Shown: positions 26,945-35,422 of the stretch, piece after piece | Position numbering within the stretch: the first letter of the stretch is position 1 | How the letters are laid out: every line of letters starts with the position of its first letter | Sequence record: PP582174.1 | Reading direction: 5' to 3' (one strand) | DNA from: Enterococcus phage vB_Efm3_KEN20 | Length of the DNA stretch: 42,434 bases | The notes under the pieces: generated by a model | What the model was told of the DNA's origin: nothing | Database searches by the model: none | Seen by the model: only the letters and a program-made list of their open reading frames with translations | Translations under genes and position numbers: made by a program

Positions 26945-27139
26945 ATGACATATCAAGAATTAATTGAACACAAGAACACATTGCAGGGTAAAATAAATGA
27001 GATAAATAAAACAATAGAGTATTTTAAAAGCATTGGAGTAAACAACTTTATAGACACATTAGATGATACTCGTGAACGTTTAACTCAGTTAGTAGACATT
27101 ATTGACACAGAACTATATAAAAAGGAGGAATTAAAATGA
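26945..27139 (+). CDS. Hypothetical coiled-coil protein
   Basis: 64 aa; RBS GGGAGGAA. Confidence 0.5.
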   Translation: MTYQELIEHKNTLQGKINEINKTIEYFKSIGVNNFIDTLDDTRERLTQLVDIIDTELYKKEELK

Positions 27140-27231
27140 CATTTATGATGGTTGGCTTATTATTTATTGGAGCAGTAATTTACGGAGCAGGAGTACTTAT
27201 CAACTGGTTAGAAGAAGGAGGAGGATATTAA
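27136..27231 (+). CDS. Putative 31-aa membrane peptide
   Basis: MTFMMVGLLFIGAVIYGAGVLINWLEEGGGY; AAGGAGGA upstream; very short. Confidence 0.3.
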   Translation: MTFMMVGLLFIGAVIYGAGVLINWLEEGGGY

Positions 27232-27232
27232 G

Positions 27233-27448
27233 ATGGATAAACTGAATTACACAAAAGAACTAACAACAGTAATTGATGAGCGAGTTCGAGTTGCAACGTA
27301 TGACAATGATAAAGATATTTACATTAGATTATTTGATAATAATAACGACTGTGCTATTGTAACATTAACACGTAAAGAGGCACAACGTGTGAAGCGCTAT
27401 TTAGAAGACGCTATCACAACTCACATTATAAATTGGGAGGAAGAATAA
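27233..27448 (+). CDS. Hypothetical protein
   Basis: 71 aa; RBS GAAGGAGGAGG. Confidence 0.5.
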   Translation: MDKLNYTKELTTVIDERVRVATYDNDKDIYIRLFDNNNDCAIVTLTRKEAQRVKRYLEDAITTHIINWEEE

Positions 27449-27657
27449 TGAATGCAGAAGAAATCACTAATTTTGAAAATTCAGTTGACATTCAATCAAT
27501 TGATGTTATAACGGCTGACGAGGATAATCATGTTTATATTAGAGTTGTAGATGAAGAGACATCTACAACGATTCAACTAACATTACCAGAAGCCATTGAC
27601 TTCATAGAATGTTTAGAACTAGCGGTTCACAAAAATATGATGAATGGAGGATTTTAA
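27448..27657 (+). CDS. Hypothetical acidic protein
   Basis: Start set at ATG 27448 (GGGAGG upstream); the ORF-track start at 27433 is a TTG without an RBS. Confidence 0.5.
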   Translation: MNAEEITNFENSVDIQSIDVITADEDNHVYIRVVDEETSTTIQLTLPEAIDFIECLELAVHKNMMNGGF

Positions 27658-27750
27658 GAATGTTAACAAGTGATGAAATATTCACTAAGGAAGAGCAGTT
27701 GTGCTACTATCATAATATAATAAAATCTTTGATGCAAAAATGGAGGAAGA

Positions 27751-27987
27751 ATGATGTTAACATTAAAAGAATGGGATGATATTGCAACGAGATTAGAACC
27801 AAAGGTATTCTCAAAGTACGGAGAGGAAGAACAAACATTACTGTGGGCACTATATGGTGGGCTATTGCAACACATGAAAGATTCAGGCATGACAATTGAT
27901 GAAGTATTATTAATTTGTGAAGAGAAAGCAACAGGTAAAAAGAGAGAGGATTGCGTGAGAAGTCATGAAAGAAAATCAGTTCAGTAA
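27751..27987 (+). CDS. Hypothetical protein
   Basis: 78 aa; RBS TGGAGGAAG. Confidence 0.5.
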   Translation: MMLTLKEWDDIATRLEPKVFSKYGEEEQTLLWALYGGLLQHMKDSGMTIDEVLLICEEKATGKKREDCVRSHERKSVQ

Positions 27988-28315
27988 ACAAGTTGTCAAA
28001 CATTTGAAAGACAAAGGTGCATTAGTGAACGTTAATACTGCAAACATGTTTGATAAAGTGGGTAGAAGTGATGTAGAATGTTGTTACAAAGGTTATTGGA
28101 TTAGTTTAGAATTGAAAGTTGGTAGCTACCAGCCAGATCCGTTACAAATTAGTTACTTACAAAAGGTAAGAGAAGCTGGAGGATTTGGATTAATTTTGCG
28201 TGACAATATTCATGAGCTCATGGTTTTATTGCATTGTATTGATAATTGTGTTGAAAGACAATATAAACAACCAGACTTGCCAGAAATTAAAGTGGAGGAG
28301 ATTGAGTATGATTGA
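27965..28315 (+). CDS. VRR-NUC domain nuclease (PD-(D/E)xK)
   Basis: SDVECCYKGYWISLELKVGSYQPDPLQISYLQKVREAGGFGLILRD fits the VRR-NUC D...E.K...Q pattern. Confidence 0.6.
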   Translation: MKENQFSKQVVKHLKDKGALVNVNTANMFDKVGRSDVECCYKGYWISLELKVGSYQPDPLQISYLQKVREAGGFGLILRDNIHELMVLLHCIDNCVERQYKQPDLPEIKVEEIEYD

Positions 28316-28493
28316 ACTACGAGACTATCTAAGTTGTGTGGATATTGATGAAACAATTTTAGAAATTAATGGGATAGAGTATTTACCACAACAATTAGTA
28401 AGCTCGTTCTTTTCAGATCAAATTGATTTTATGAAAGTATATAATATTTATGTGAACTCAAATAATATGATAACGGCGGTGATTCAATTTTGA
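28308..28493 (+). CDS. Hypothetical 61-aa protein
   Basis: ATG 28308 with GGAGGAG RBS; the longer ORF-track version (28200) is read mostly inside the VRR-NUC gene. Confidence 0.4.
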   Translation: MIELRDYLSCVDIDETILEINGIEYLPQQLVSSFFSDQIDFMKVYNIYVNSNNMITAVIQF

Positions 28494-28657
28494 TTAAAAA
28501 CTATTTAATTACGTATGAAAAGAAGACATATGATGGACGTTATATTGAGACAACTACTCACCAAATACGAATTCCAGCATTAACACTTTTTGACGCTGTA
28601 GACTACGCACACAATACCCTAGAACTAGAAGGAATCAAGGAGGTACGTTTAGCATGA
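28490..28657 (+). CDS. Hypothetical 55-aa protein (TTG start only)
   Basis: Open frame LIKNYLITYEKKTYDGRYIETTTHQIRIPALTLFDAVDYAHNTLELEGIKEVRLA; weak RBS. Confidence 0.25.
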   Translation: MIKNYLITYEKKTYDGRYIETTTHQIRIPALTLFDAVDYAHNTLELEGIKEVRLA

Positions 28658-28770
28658 GTTGGATTATGAAAGCAAAAATATTGAATATACAACAGGCGTC
28701 AGTATACGCAGCAAATGAAGAGTATATGAAGTTAGTAAATATATGGTATAAATGGGAGGTATTAAGTTGA
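28654..28770 (+). CDS. Hypothetical 38-aa protein
   Basis: MSWIMKAKILNIQQASVYAANEEYMKLVNIWYKWEVLS; GGAGG 10 nt upstream; its stop overlaps the helicase start. Confidence 0.3.
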   Translation: MSWIMKAKILNIQQASVYAANEEYMKLVNIWYKWEVLS

Positions 28771-30044
28771 AGCTGTTTGACTATCAGAAAGAGGCAATTG
28801 AAAATTTTGAAACTAAACCTCTGAATCTATCAGATGTTGGAACTGGAAAGTCATATATGAGTATTGGCTCATATATAAAAAGTGAGTGTACTAAACTACT
28901 AGTGATTTGTTTAGCTCCTAAAGTGCTAGACTTTGTAGAAGATGGAGAAGCATTTGGTTTGGAGATGACAGCACTCAACAAGGGCACAAAGAAAAACAAA
29001 GAGTTACTATCAGACTCAAATCATGTAGCAATCAGTTTTGAAAGCTCATGGCGCTTAACTGAGTTATTGAAATGGGTAGACAAAGACACATTCATTATCA
29101 TTGACGAAAGTCACAAAGTTGGTGTATCTAAATCTAAGGTAACCAAGTTCGTTATGCAGCTAAGTAAGAAAGCAAAGTACACGTATTTATGCACAGCAAC
29201 GCCTGTAAGTAATGGTAAGCTTGAGAATTGGTACTCACAATTATATATAGCAAACGTGTTCAGAAAGCCTAAGAAAGAGTTTGAACAGCTATTTGTTATT
29301 AAGCAGATGAGGCAAATGGGTTCAATGCGCTTCATGGATGTGGTTGGCTATCGCAATGAACACCTGTTACAACAAATGATTGATGAAGCAAGTGTGAACT
29401 ATAAGCGTGACAAAGGCTATCTTCCGCAAGATTATGTTTATAAAACTAAGAAGCCTGCGTATTATAATAAGTTGAAAAAGAACAGAATTTACAAAGATGA
29501 CTTTGATCACATTGTTGAATTAGATAATGCTAGTAATCTATTTAATAGACTCAGACAAGTCAGTCATGGTTTTCTAGAAGGGGTAGTAAAACCAGTATCC
29601 AAAGAACCTTTTGAACGTTTAGATGCAATTCTTGAAACGCATAATAATGAACGTGTGGTGATATTCTATAATTACAAAGCAGAGTATTTAATGCTAAGAA
29701 TGTTACTAGACAAACTAAAAAGACCATACGGTGTGTATAACGGAAGTATGAAGGAATTAGATAACTTCAAACGAAATGAAAATGGAGTAGTTTTAGCACA
29801 ATACAAGTCAGCCTCAACAGGCATAAATGACTTTGTGATTAGTAATGTGATGATCTTCAATAGTTTACCTTTAAGTTCAACAGAATACTTACAGGCAAAA
29901 GGTAGAATAGATAGACATAATCAGACTAAAACCCCATTATATTATACAATCGTTCCAGATACACCTATTGAGAAAAAAATCTTTGAAACAGTTACAAATG
30001 GACAAGATTTCACGAATGAAATGATTGAGGAGAGTGTGAAATGA
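28767..30044 (+). CDS. SNF2/DEAH-like superfamily-2 DNA helicase
   Basis: Walker A DVGTGKSY and motif II IIDESHKV. TTG 28767 has GGGAGG 7 nt upstream; the ATG at 28752 in the ORF track has no RBS. Confidence 0.65.
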   Translation: MKLFDYQKEAIENFETKPLNLSDVGTGKSYMSIGSYIKSECTKLLVICLAPKVLDFVEDGEAFGLEMTALNKGTKKNKELLSDSNHVAISFESSWRLTELLKWVDKDTFIIIDESHKVGVSKSKVTKFVMQLSKKAKYTYLCTATPVSNGKLENWYSQLYIANVFRKPKKEFEQLFVIKQMRQMGSMRFMDVVGYRNEHLLQQMIDEASVNYKRDKGYLPQDYVYKTKKPAYYNKLKKNRIYKDDFDHIVELDNASNLFNRLRQVSHGFLEGVVKPVSKEPFERLDAILETHNNERVVIFYNYKAEYLMLRMLLDKLKRPYGVYNGSMKELDNFKRNENGVVLAQYKSASTGINDFVISNVMIFNSLPLSSTEYLQAKGRIDRHNQTKTPLYYTIVPDTPIEKKIFETVTNGQDFTNEMIEESVK

Positions 30045-30196
30045 AAAAGAGATATAAAGGATACTTCAAGAAGCCAACACGTACGCTACCTAATATTGAA
30101 TTTAAAAAGCAAGTGATTAAGTCATTCAACTTCACAGAAAAACCACGTGTAGGACTGTGGGTAAAGACGTATCTAAAATATATTAATAAGTTGTAG
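30041..30196 (+). CDS. Hypothetical 51-aa basic protein
   Basis: MKKRYKGYFKKPTRTLPNIEFKKQVIKSFNFTEKPRVGLWVKTYLKYINKL; ATGA overlap with the helicase stop. Confidence 0.35.
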   Translation: MKKRYKGYFKKPTRTLPNIEFKKQVIKSFNFTEKPRVGLWVKTYLKYINKL

Positions 30197-30203
30197 AAAT
30201 TAG

Positions 30204-30232
30204 TTGACACCCCTTAAATGGGGTGTTATACT
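30204..30232 (+). promoter_or_regulatory. Sigma-A-type promoter TTGACA-N17-TATACT with spacer palindrome CACCCCttaaatGGGGTG
   Basis: Exact consensus and spacing; perfect 6-bp inverted repeat inside the spacer. Confidence 0.6.
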
Positions 30233-30260
30233 TAGTACATAAATAAGAGGAGGAAGCAAA

Positions 30261-31001
30261 ATGAAACAATTAAGACTGAAGAAGAATGGTAAAGCACCAC
30301 TAGTGGCTGGAGCGTTCAATGGAGAATCAGAAGAGTTAATTCAAAAATGGATACAAGAAGGGGGTAACGTTGGAACACTAACCGGGTCAAAAAGTGGCAT
30401 TGCAGTCATTGACATTGATAATCATAATGGAGTGGATGGTCTTGGTAACTTGAAAGAGTTCTTAGATACGTATGACATCACTTTACCAAAAACGCAAGTC
30501 ATTAAAACTCCAAGTGGTGGACTACACTACTACTTTAAATTAGATGAAAAATACAATGACACGCAATTCATTCAAAACCATTCACAACTTGCAGGGGTTG
30601 ATTTCCAAGTCCACGGCAGGTACGTTGTAGCACCACCTAGCCAAATTGATGGTAACTATTATAAGGTAGTACGTGACGTAGAAATGGCAGAATTACCTGA
30701 GAAATGGTTAGAAATATTCACAGATAAAAGTATTACTAAAAAGAATAAACCTCGCGAGAAGAAATGGACTGGTCAATTAATGGAAAGTATACTTACTGGC
30801 GCAGGAGCAGGGTCAAGGAATATATTTTTAGCCTCAACAATTGGCAAGCTATTCGCAACAGGAATGGATCATGACGCGGTTAGGGTATGGAGTTTATACG
30901 TAAACCAGATTTCATTAAATCCACCACTACCAGAAGAGGAGGTATTACGAACATATGACTCAGTTAGAAAACGTGAATTACGAAGAATGGCGGACAATTA
31001 A
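30261..31001 (+). CDS. Prim-Pol type DNA primase (bifunctional primase/polymerase N-terminal domain)
   Basis: [10 protein letters not shown]...GGLHYYF...GRYVVAPPS pattern typical of the Prim-Pol catalytic domain; RBS GAGGAGGAAG. Confidence 0.6.
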   Translation: MKQLRLKKNGKAPLVAGAFNGESEELIQKWIQEGGNVGTLTGSKSGIAVIDIDNHNGVDGLGNLKEFLDTYDITLPKTQVIKTPSGGLHYYFKLDEKYNDTQFIQNHSQLAGVDFQVHGRYVVAPPSQIDGNYYKVVRDVEMAELPEKWLEIFTDKSITKKNKPREKKWTGQLMESILTGAGAGSRNIFLASTIGKLFATGMDHDAVRVWSLYVNQISLNPPLPEEEVLRTYDSVRKRELRRMADN

Positions 31002-31488
31002 AGGATATGAAGGTATTTATGAAATAAGTAGTTTTGGTAGAGTTAGAAGTTTGAATTACAATAACCAAAAAGGAAATATAAAAGTTAGACCAAGTGTTCC
31101 TCATAAACATGGGTATAGACAAATTAAACTAGGTAATAAAAGCAAATTAATACACCGCTTAGTAGCAGAAGCATTTATCCCAAACCATGAAAATAAACCT
31201 TGTGTTAATCATCTGGACGAGGATAAGACAAATAATAGAGTTGATAACTTAGAATGGGTAACAAAGAAAGAAAATAACAATTATGGTACTAAGAATATTA
31301 GAAGCGCATACAAGAATAAATACATTTCTGGAAACTTCAAATCCGTTATATGCTCAAATGGAGTAGAGTATTTTAGTGTGTCAGAAGCTTGTCGTCAATT
31401 AGATTTAGACCCAAGTACTGTCGTAAAAATTCTAAAAGGTACACGTAAAAGTACAGGAGGCTACACATTTAAATATAAGGAGGAGTAA
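30955..31488 (+). CDS. HNH homing endonuclease, paralog D (overlaps the 3' end of the Prim-Pol gene)
   Basis: ...[24 protein letters not shown]...[35 protein letters not shown]...[10 protein letters not shown]. Confidence 0.75.
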   Translation: MTQLENVNYEEWRTIKGYEGIYEISSFGRVRSLNYNNQKGNIKVRPSVPHKHGYRQIKLGNKSKLIHRLVAEAFIPNHENKPCVNHLDEDKTNNRVDNLEWVTKKENNNYGTKNIRSAYKNKYISGNFKSVICSNGVEYFSVSEACRQLDLDPSTVVKILKGTRKSTGGYTFKYKEE

Positions 31489-31691
31489 TGATGGATAAGC
31501 AATTATTTAACACAGAGTTTACAAATGGATATTGTGTGACAGTATTTAGTCAATCAAGATTTGAGTTAAAATATTATGTAGAGGTTTTCCATGTTAATGA
31601 ACCACAAGATACTCATAGAGTTGAATTTCATACAGCGCGCGAGGTTTTTGGATATTTATCAGATATTCAAAACTATAAACAAAAAGACTAG
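31488..31691 (+). CDS. Hypothetical protein
   Basis: 67 aa; RBS AAGGAGGAG comes from the HNH 3' end. Confidence 0.5.
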   Translation: MMDKQLFNTEFTNGYCVTVFSQSRFELKYYVEVFHVNEPQDTHRVEFHTAREVFGYLSDIQNYKQKD

Positions 31692-31707
31692 TCAATTGAC
31701 TAGTCTT
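31684..31707 (+). terminator. 24-bp perfect palindrome AAGACTAGTCAATTGACTAGTCTT
   Basis: Overlaps the stop of the 67-aa gene; followed by a purine-rich tract rather than a T-run, so its role as a terminator is uncertain. Confidence 0.45.
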
Positions 31708-31767
31708 AACGAGAGGAGGGAGGAGGAATCCCTATAATTAATTATAGCATAAAATAAAAGTTTTGTG

Positions 31768-31796
31768 TTGACATTGAAACAATATTATGTTAAGAT
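31768..31796 (+). promoter_or_regulatory. Promoter TTGACA-N17-TAAGAT (TGt-extended)
   Basis: Consensus -35 and 17-nt spacer; preceded by the 16-bp palindrome CTATAATTAATTATAG at 31732-31747. Confidence 0.45.
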
Positions 31797-31828
31797 TGAG
31801 ATAGTTAAACGAGAAAGGATTTGATAAA

Positions 31829-32140
31829 ATGTTTAATGAATCTGAAGAACTACAGAATACACTTGATAAAATAATACAGGGTTCACGTATTACAGGCAGT
31901 GTATTTGAACCTGAAGAATTAAAAAATACAAAACGCTACAAAACCAGCTCAGGTAAACAACTCTTTGACGTGCTAGAAGATGATTTACTAACTTATGAAG
32001 AATTACGTGGTTTCTACAAAGCGAACATTTACAAATATACACACAGATATAAACAAAAAAACGGCATTGAAGATTTGAAAAAAGTAAAGGTCTATGTAGA
32101 TCAACTAATAAAACTGGAGGAAAAACAAGATGAGATTTGA
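31829..32140 (+). CDS. Hypothetical protein (possibly DUF3310-like)
   Basis: 103 aa; the segment LFDVLEDDLLTYEELRGFYKANIYKYTHRYKQKNGIEDLKKVKVYVDQL resembles small conserved phage proteins; unverified. Confidence 0.4.
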   Translation: MFNESEELQNTLDKIIQGSRITGSVFEPEELKNTKRYKTSSGKQLFDVLEDDLLTYEELRGFYKANIYKYTHRYKQKNGIEDLKKVKVYVDQLIKLEEKQDEI

Positions 32141-32600
32141 ACCATTAAACGAACCCTATGATATGTATGCAATAACAGATGAAGGTCACGTGTTTCATTT
32201 AGACAAAGAACGATATGAACAAGAAATAGTTGATCCAAAAAATGGAAAGATGTATGTAGTACTTAACGGATCACACAAAAAGTCACGTAAATTCTACGTC
32301 TCTCAATTAGTAGCAGATATGTTTGTTAGAAATGAGCATAACTTAGGATATTTATATTTCAAAGATGGTAACGTACAAAATAGTCATTACACAAATATTG
32401 GTTACGCTATTAATCCAAAAGAAGGGGTAGAACGTGTGGCACGTCCTTTCAGAAATAAAGTAGAGCCAAAACGCCATGCCTTGATTGTTGCTATTGGAGA
32501 AGCGTGTGAGAAAAAGGATTGGAAAGAAGCTAATAAACTAGGAAAAGAACTTTGGCAATTGGAGGGCGCATCGTATGAAAACAGAAACCATGAGTTTTGA
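32130..32600 (+). CDS. Degenerate HNH_3-like protein (catalytic His replaced)
   Basis: VSQLVADMFV...LYFKDGNVQNSHYTNIGY parallels HRLVAEAFI...[15 protein letters not shown] of the HNH paralogs but lacks the first His; RBS GGAGGA. Confidence 0.4.
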   Translation: MRFEPLNEPYDMYAITDEGHVFHLDKERYEQEIVDPKNGKMYVVLNGSHKKSRKFYVSQLVADMFVRNEHNLGYLYFKDGNVQNSHYTNIGYAINPKEGVERVARPFRNKVEPKRHALIVAIGEACEKKDWKEANKLGKELWQLEGASYENRNHEF

Positions 32601-33336
32601 TATTCACTATACAGGAAGTAAAGGTAACTGCGCTTCTATCTATTACGATAATTTAGGATTCTTAATTGACATAGGGCGGCCATATAAATATATTGAGCCA
32701 TATTTATTCAACAAGCAATTTATTTTACTAACTCATCGTCACCAGGATCATCTTGTATATACAACATACAAGAAAATACGTGAGAACTTTCCACACATTA
32801 AAATATTAGGAAACCAGGAAGTGAATGAGAATATAGTTAAACGTAAATTACCTGAATTAGATATTATCTTCAAAGATGACTTCCAATTTCAAATCGGAGA
32901 GGTAAAATTCACAACACTTCAGAATTATCATGGAGCTGGTGAGGAATACACAGAAACGCATGGTTTCATACTAGAGAGTCCTTCTCAGAATTTATTGTTT
33001 GCTACAGATTTAAGTACTTTAGTAGATTACGAAGAATATTGCTTGACAAATAAAATTAAGTTTGATATTATTCTTTTAGAGGCTAACTATGATCCGCAAG
33101 TAATAGGGTTATCAGAATACATGAAAATACACAGTGGGTATAACACATTCAACAACGGGTCATATCGTCACTTGAGTACAATTGATAGAGAGGAGTTTGT
33201 AACTAAATTTAAGAACCCAGGCGCTATTGATATTGAACTTCATGTTTCAGAACGCTATCGCAGCTTTGAAGGATTGATGAAGTTAGAAAAAGGAAAAATT
33301 ACCCAAAAAGATGTTGACAACTACTTAAATAGATGA
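32575..33336 (+). CDS. Metallo-beta-lactamase-fold hydrolase
   Basis: 253 aa with LLTHRHQDHL (HxHxDH motif); RBS GGAGGG. Confidence 0.65.
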   Translation: MKTETMSFDIHYTGSKGNCASIYYDNLGFLIDIGRPYKYIEPYLFNKQFILLTHRHQDHLVYTTYKKIRENFPHIKILGNQEVNENIVKRKLPELDIIFKDDFQFQIGEVKFTTLQNYHGAGEEYTETHGFILESPSQNLLFATDLSTLVDYEEYCLTNKIKFDIILLEANYDPQVIGLSEYMKIHSGYNTFNNGSYRHLSTIDREEFVTKFKNPGAIDIELHVSERYRSFEGLMKLEKGKITQKDVDNYLNR

Positions 33337-33371
33337 TACAATTAAAACATAAAGACAGAGGAGGAAGAAAA

Positions 33372-33599
33372 ATGAGCTATCAATATGGAGATCTAGTAAA
33401 ATTCACAAACAATTATGGAATGCACGCATCACAAGGTGATGAAGGAACAGTGCAACACATTGACAAGTATGGAAATATCTTAGTGCTAGTTGAGTCAGGA
33501 GAGTTTGCAGCACGCTTTGAGGAGGTACGTGACGAAGATATTGAACTGATTGACCGTTTGAGTGATGAAGATTTGGATTTATTGAAGGAGGAGCTGTGA
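33372..33599 (+). CDS. Hypothetical acidic protein
   Basis: Start at ATG 33372 (AGAGGAGGA upstream); the ORF-track start at 33333 has no RBS. Confidence 0.5.
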   Translation: MSYQYGDLVKFTNNYGMHASQGDEGTVQHIDKYGNILVLVESGEFAARFEEVRDEDIELIDRLSDEDLDLLKEEL

Positions 33600-33601
33600 G
33601 A

Positions 33602-33769
33602 ATGAACTATAAAACACTATTAAAGTTAGATTATGGATACACTGAAAACCAGTTGTTTGATTTAATTGAGAAGTATAAATGGTTATTCAAATTAAATTAT
33701 ACGATTGATGAACTTTTTGCAGTAGAGTATAAACGCCTTAAGATGGAGGATGAAAAACATGGCATTTGA
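33602..33769 (+). CDS. Hypothetical 55-aa protein
   Basis: MNYKTLLKLDYGYTENQLFDLIEKYKWLFKLNYTIDELFAVEYKRLKMEDEKHGI; RBS AGGAGG inside the upstream gene end. Confidence 0.3.
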   Translation: MNYKTLLKLDYGYTENQLFDLIEKYKWLFKLNYTIDELFAVEYKRLKMEDEKHGI

Positions 33770-34568
33770 ATTATCAATTCAATCTACAGGTAAACATGAA
33801 ATACAATTCATTGGCTATGAAAAAACACTTGATGATGTTAGGAGATTAGCGGAGCGTATGAAAGAGCAAGAAGTGACTGAGGAAAACATTATTGAAAACA
33901 AAAAACTTCTTGCTGAAATTCGTAAAGAAATTAAAAAATTAGACTCAGAACGTCTAGCTGTTAAGCGTGAAATTATGACACCCTATGATGAACTAAATGA
34001 AAAAATAAAAGTATTGAAAGATGTACTTGGTGAAGGTGAGGGTCATATAAATGCCCAAATTAAAGAGATTACTGCACGCGAACAGGAGCAGAGGAAAATA
34101 CAAATCAATGACTTATTTAAGAAGTATCAGAAGTCATATAACGCTCCACAGTGGCTTACCTTTGATAAGTTCATTGCCAAAAATCCAACACTAATTACCA
34201 ATAAGGCAACAAGTAACAAAAAGATACGTGAAGCAGTGGTTTCTTATTTTGAAACATTTAAACAGGACTATGACCTATTAAAAACACAATATCCAGACAA
34301 GGATGATCGTTCTGCCATTTTGATTGCCTACTCTAAAAATGGTCATAATATGCAAGACGCAATACTTGACTATACAAGCATGATTGCAGAGAAAGAGCGT
34401 CTTGAGATTGAGCAAAGACGAGTGAAAGAAACGAAAGTTCCAGATATTGTTATTATCACTGGCAACGAGCAAAAACAGGAGGCTGCGAAACCAGTTGAAT
34501 ATGTAACAATTAATATTAAGAAAGAAGACTTGAAGAAACTTAAAATTGATTATGAGATTGTAAAATAA
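33759..34568 (+). CDS. Hypothetical coiled-coil protein (DUF1351-like position next to the SSB-tail protein)
   Basis: Start at MAFELSIQ (ATG 33759, GGAGGA 9 nt upstream); Lys/Glu-rich coiled-coil. Confidence 0.45.
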   Translation: MAFELSIQSTGKHEIQFIGYEKTLDDVRRLAERMKEQEVTEENIIENKKLLAEIRKEIKKLDSERLAVKREIMTPYDELNEKIKVLKDVLGEGEGHINAQIKEITAREQEQRKIQINDLFKKYQKSYNAPQWLTFDKFIAKNPTLITNKATSNKKIREAVVSYFETFKQDYDLLKTQYPDKDDRSAILIAYSKNGHNMQDAILDYTSMIAEKERLEIEQRRVKETKVPDIVIITGNEQKQEAAKPVEYVTINIKKEDLKKLKIDYEIVK

Positions 34569-34593
34569 ACTACAACACAAATAGGGGAATATA

Positions 34594-34602
34594 TGTTATA
34601 CT
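34594..34602 (+). promoter_or_regulatory. Extended -10 element TGtTATACT
   Basis: Same -10 hexamer as the early promoters; no clear -35. Confidence 0.3.
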
Positions 34603-34641
34603 TATTAAGTAATAAAAACAAATTAATTGGAGGAAATTAAA

Positions 34642-35334
34642 ATGTCAGAATTGAAAAAAGTAATTATTGTTAGCGCAGAGGAAGATGATATCAGTGTGAA
34701 ATTACAGGTGGCCAGTGAGGATTACAGCGCTATCTATGAAGCAGCAGTTTTTAAACAAACATATGACAAAGACTCTAAAACGTGGAATGACTTCACAGAT
34801 GAAGATACAAAAGGTAAAGAACGACTAGCTAAAGCATTAGAAATTTTAGGTGGCTCGTTTGACAACTTGGAAGATAAAGAGTTAGAAATGTATGTAGACG
34901 AAGAGACGGGAAAAGCCTACTTTGAAGAAGGAAGTTCATTTAAGAAAATTGAGAAACCACTGGTTTCACTAAAACGTTTGAAACAAGTACCAATTGTTGA
35001 AATCAAAGATAGTGCCAAAGGACGAGCAGTAGTTGTTGAGCATGACGGAAAATACTACTCATTTAATTTCAACTCAGGCGTATATATTGAGAAATTGAAC
35101 AAATTTATTCCAAATCAAGCGAAACTTGCAAAAGCTAAGGCACGCTTCAATGAATTATTTGAAGATGTAAATGTAACATGGGATACTGCTGACATGGCAG
35201 TTGGAATGATTGTAGATTGTACAGTTAATAAGAATATGTTAGACCCAAAATCTCCTTACGGTTGGTTGGAGGCACAAGCTCTTGATCCAAACGACCAGAA
35301 AGAAGTAGTATCAGACGAAGAATTACCATTTTAA
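34642..35334 (+). CDS. Non-canonical ssDNA-binding-like protein carrying an SSB-type acidic C-terminal tip (..SDEELPF)
   Basis: 231 aa; the C-terminus DEELPF mimics the bacterial SSB tail (DDD[I/L]PF); no canonical OB-fold SSB N-terminus recognised; RBS GGAGGAAA. Confidence 0.45.
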   Translation: MSELKKVIIVSAEEDDISVKLQVASEDYSAIYEAAVFKQTYDKDSKTWNDFTDEDTKGKERLAKALEILGGSFDNLEDKELEMYVDEETGKAYFEEGSSFKKIEKPLVSLKRLKQVPIVEIKDSAKGRAVVVEHDGKYYSFNFNSGVYIEKLNKFIPNQAKLAKAKARFNELFEDVNVTWDTADMAVGMIVDCTVNKNMLDPKSPYGWLEAQALDPNDQKEVVSDEELPF

Positions 35335-35363
35335 AATAAAGTAAAAAGAGTTGACCTTATGTG

Positions 35364-35393
35364 TTGACTCTTTTCTTTTATCATGCTATTATA
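35364..35393 (+). promoter_or_regulatory. Promoter TTGACT-N18-TGcTATTAT with the shared 5'UTR motif attatataaatataga
   Basis: Tandem GTTGAC motifs (35350-35369); same -10/UTR block as at 26911-26926. Confidence 0.45.
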
Positions 35394-35422
35394 TAAATAT
35401 AGAAATAAGGAGGATGAATAAA

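Noticed and set aside
22100-30210. Minus-strand ORFs in the rightward arm (22100-22318, 23532-23756, 24167-24397, 24838-25065, 25237-25527, 25816-26076, 26154-26342, 27663-28003, 28784-28999, 29111-29335, 29672-29860, 30010-30210, and later 34278-34580, 35915-36145, 36984-37211, 37845-38075, 38886-39083, 39556-39792)
   Set aside because: Antisense to annotated plus-strand genes, no RBS, low-complexity hydrophobic translations.
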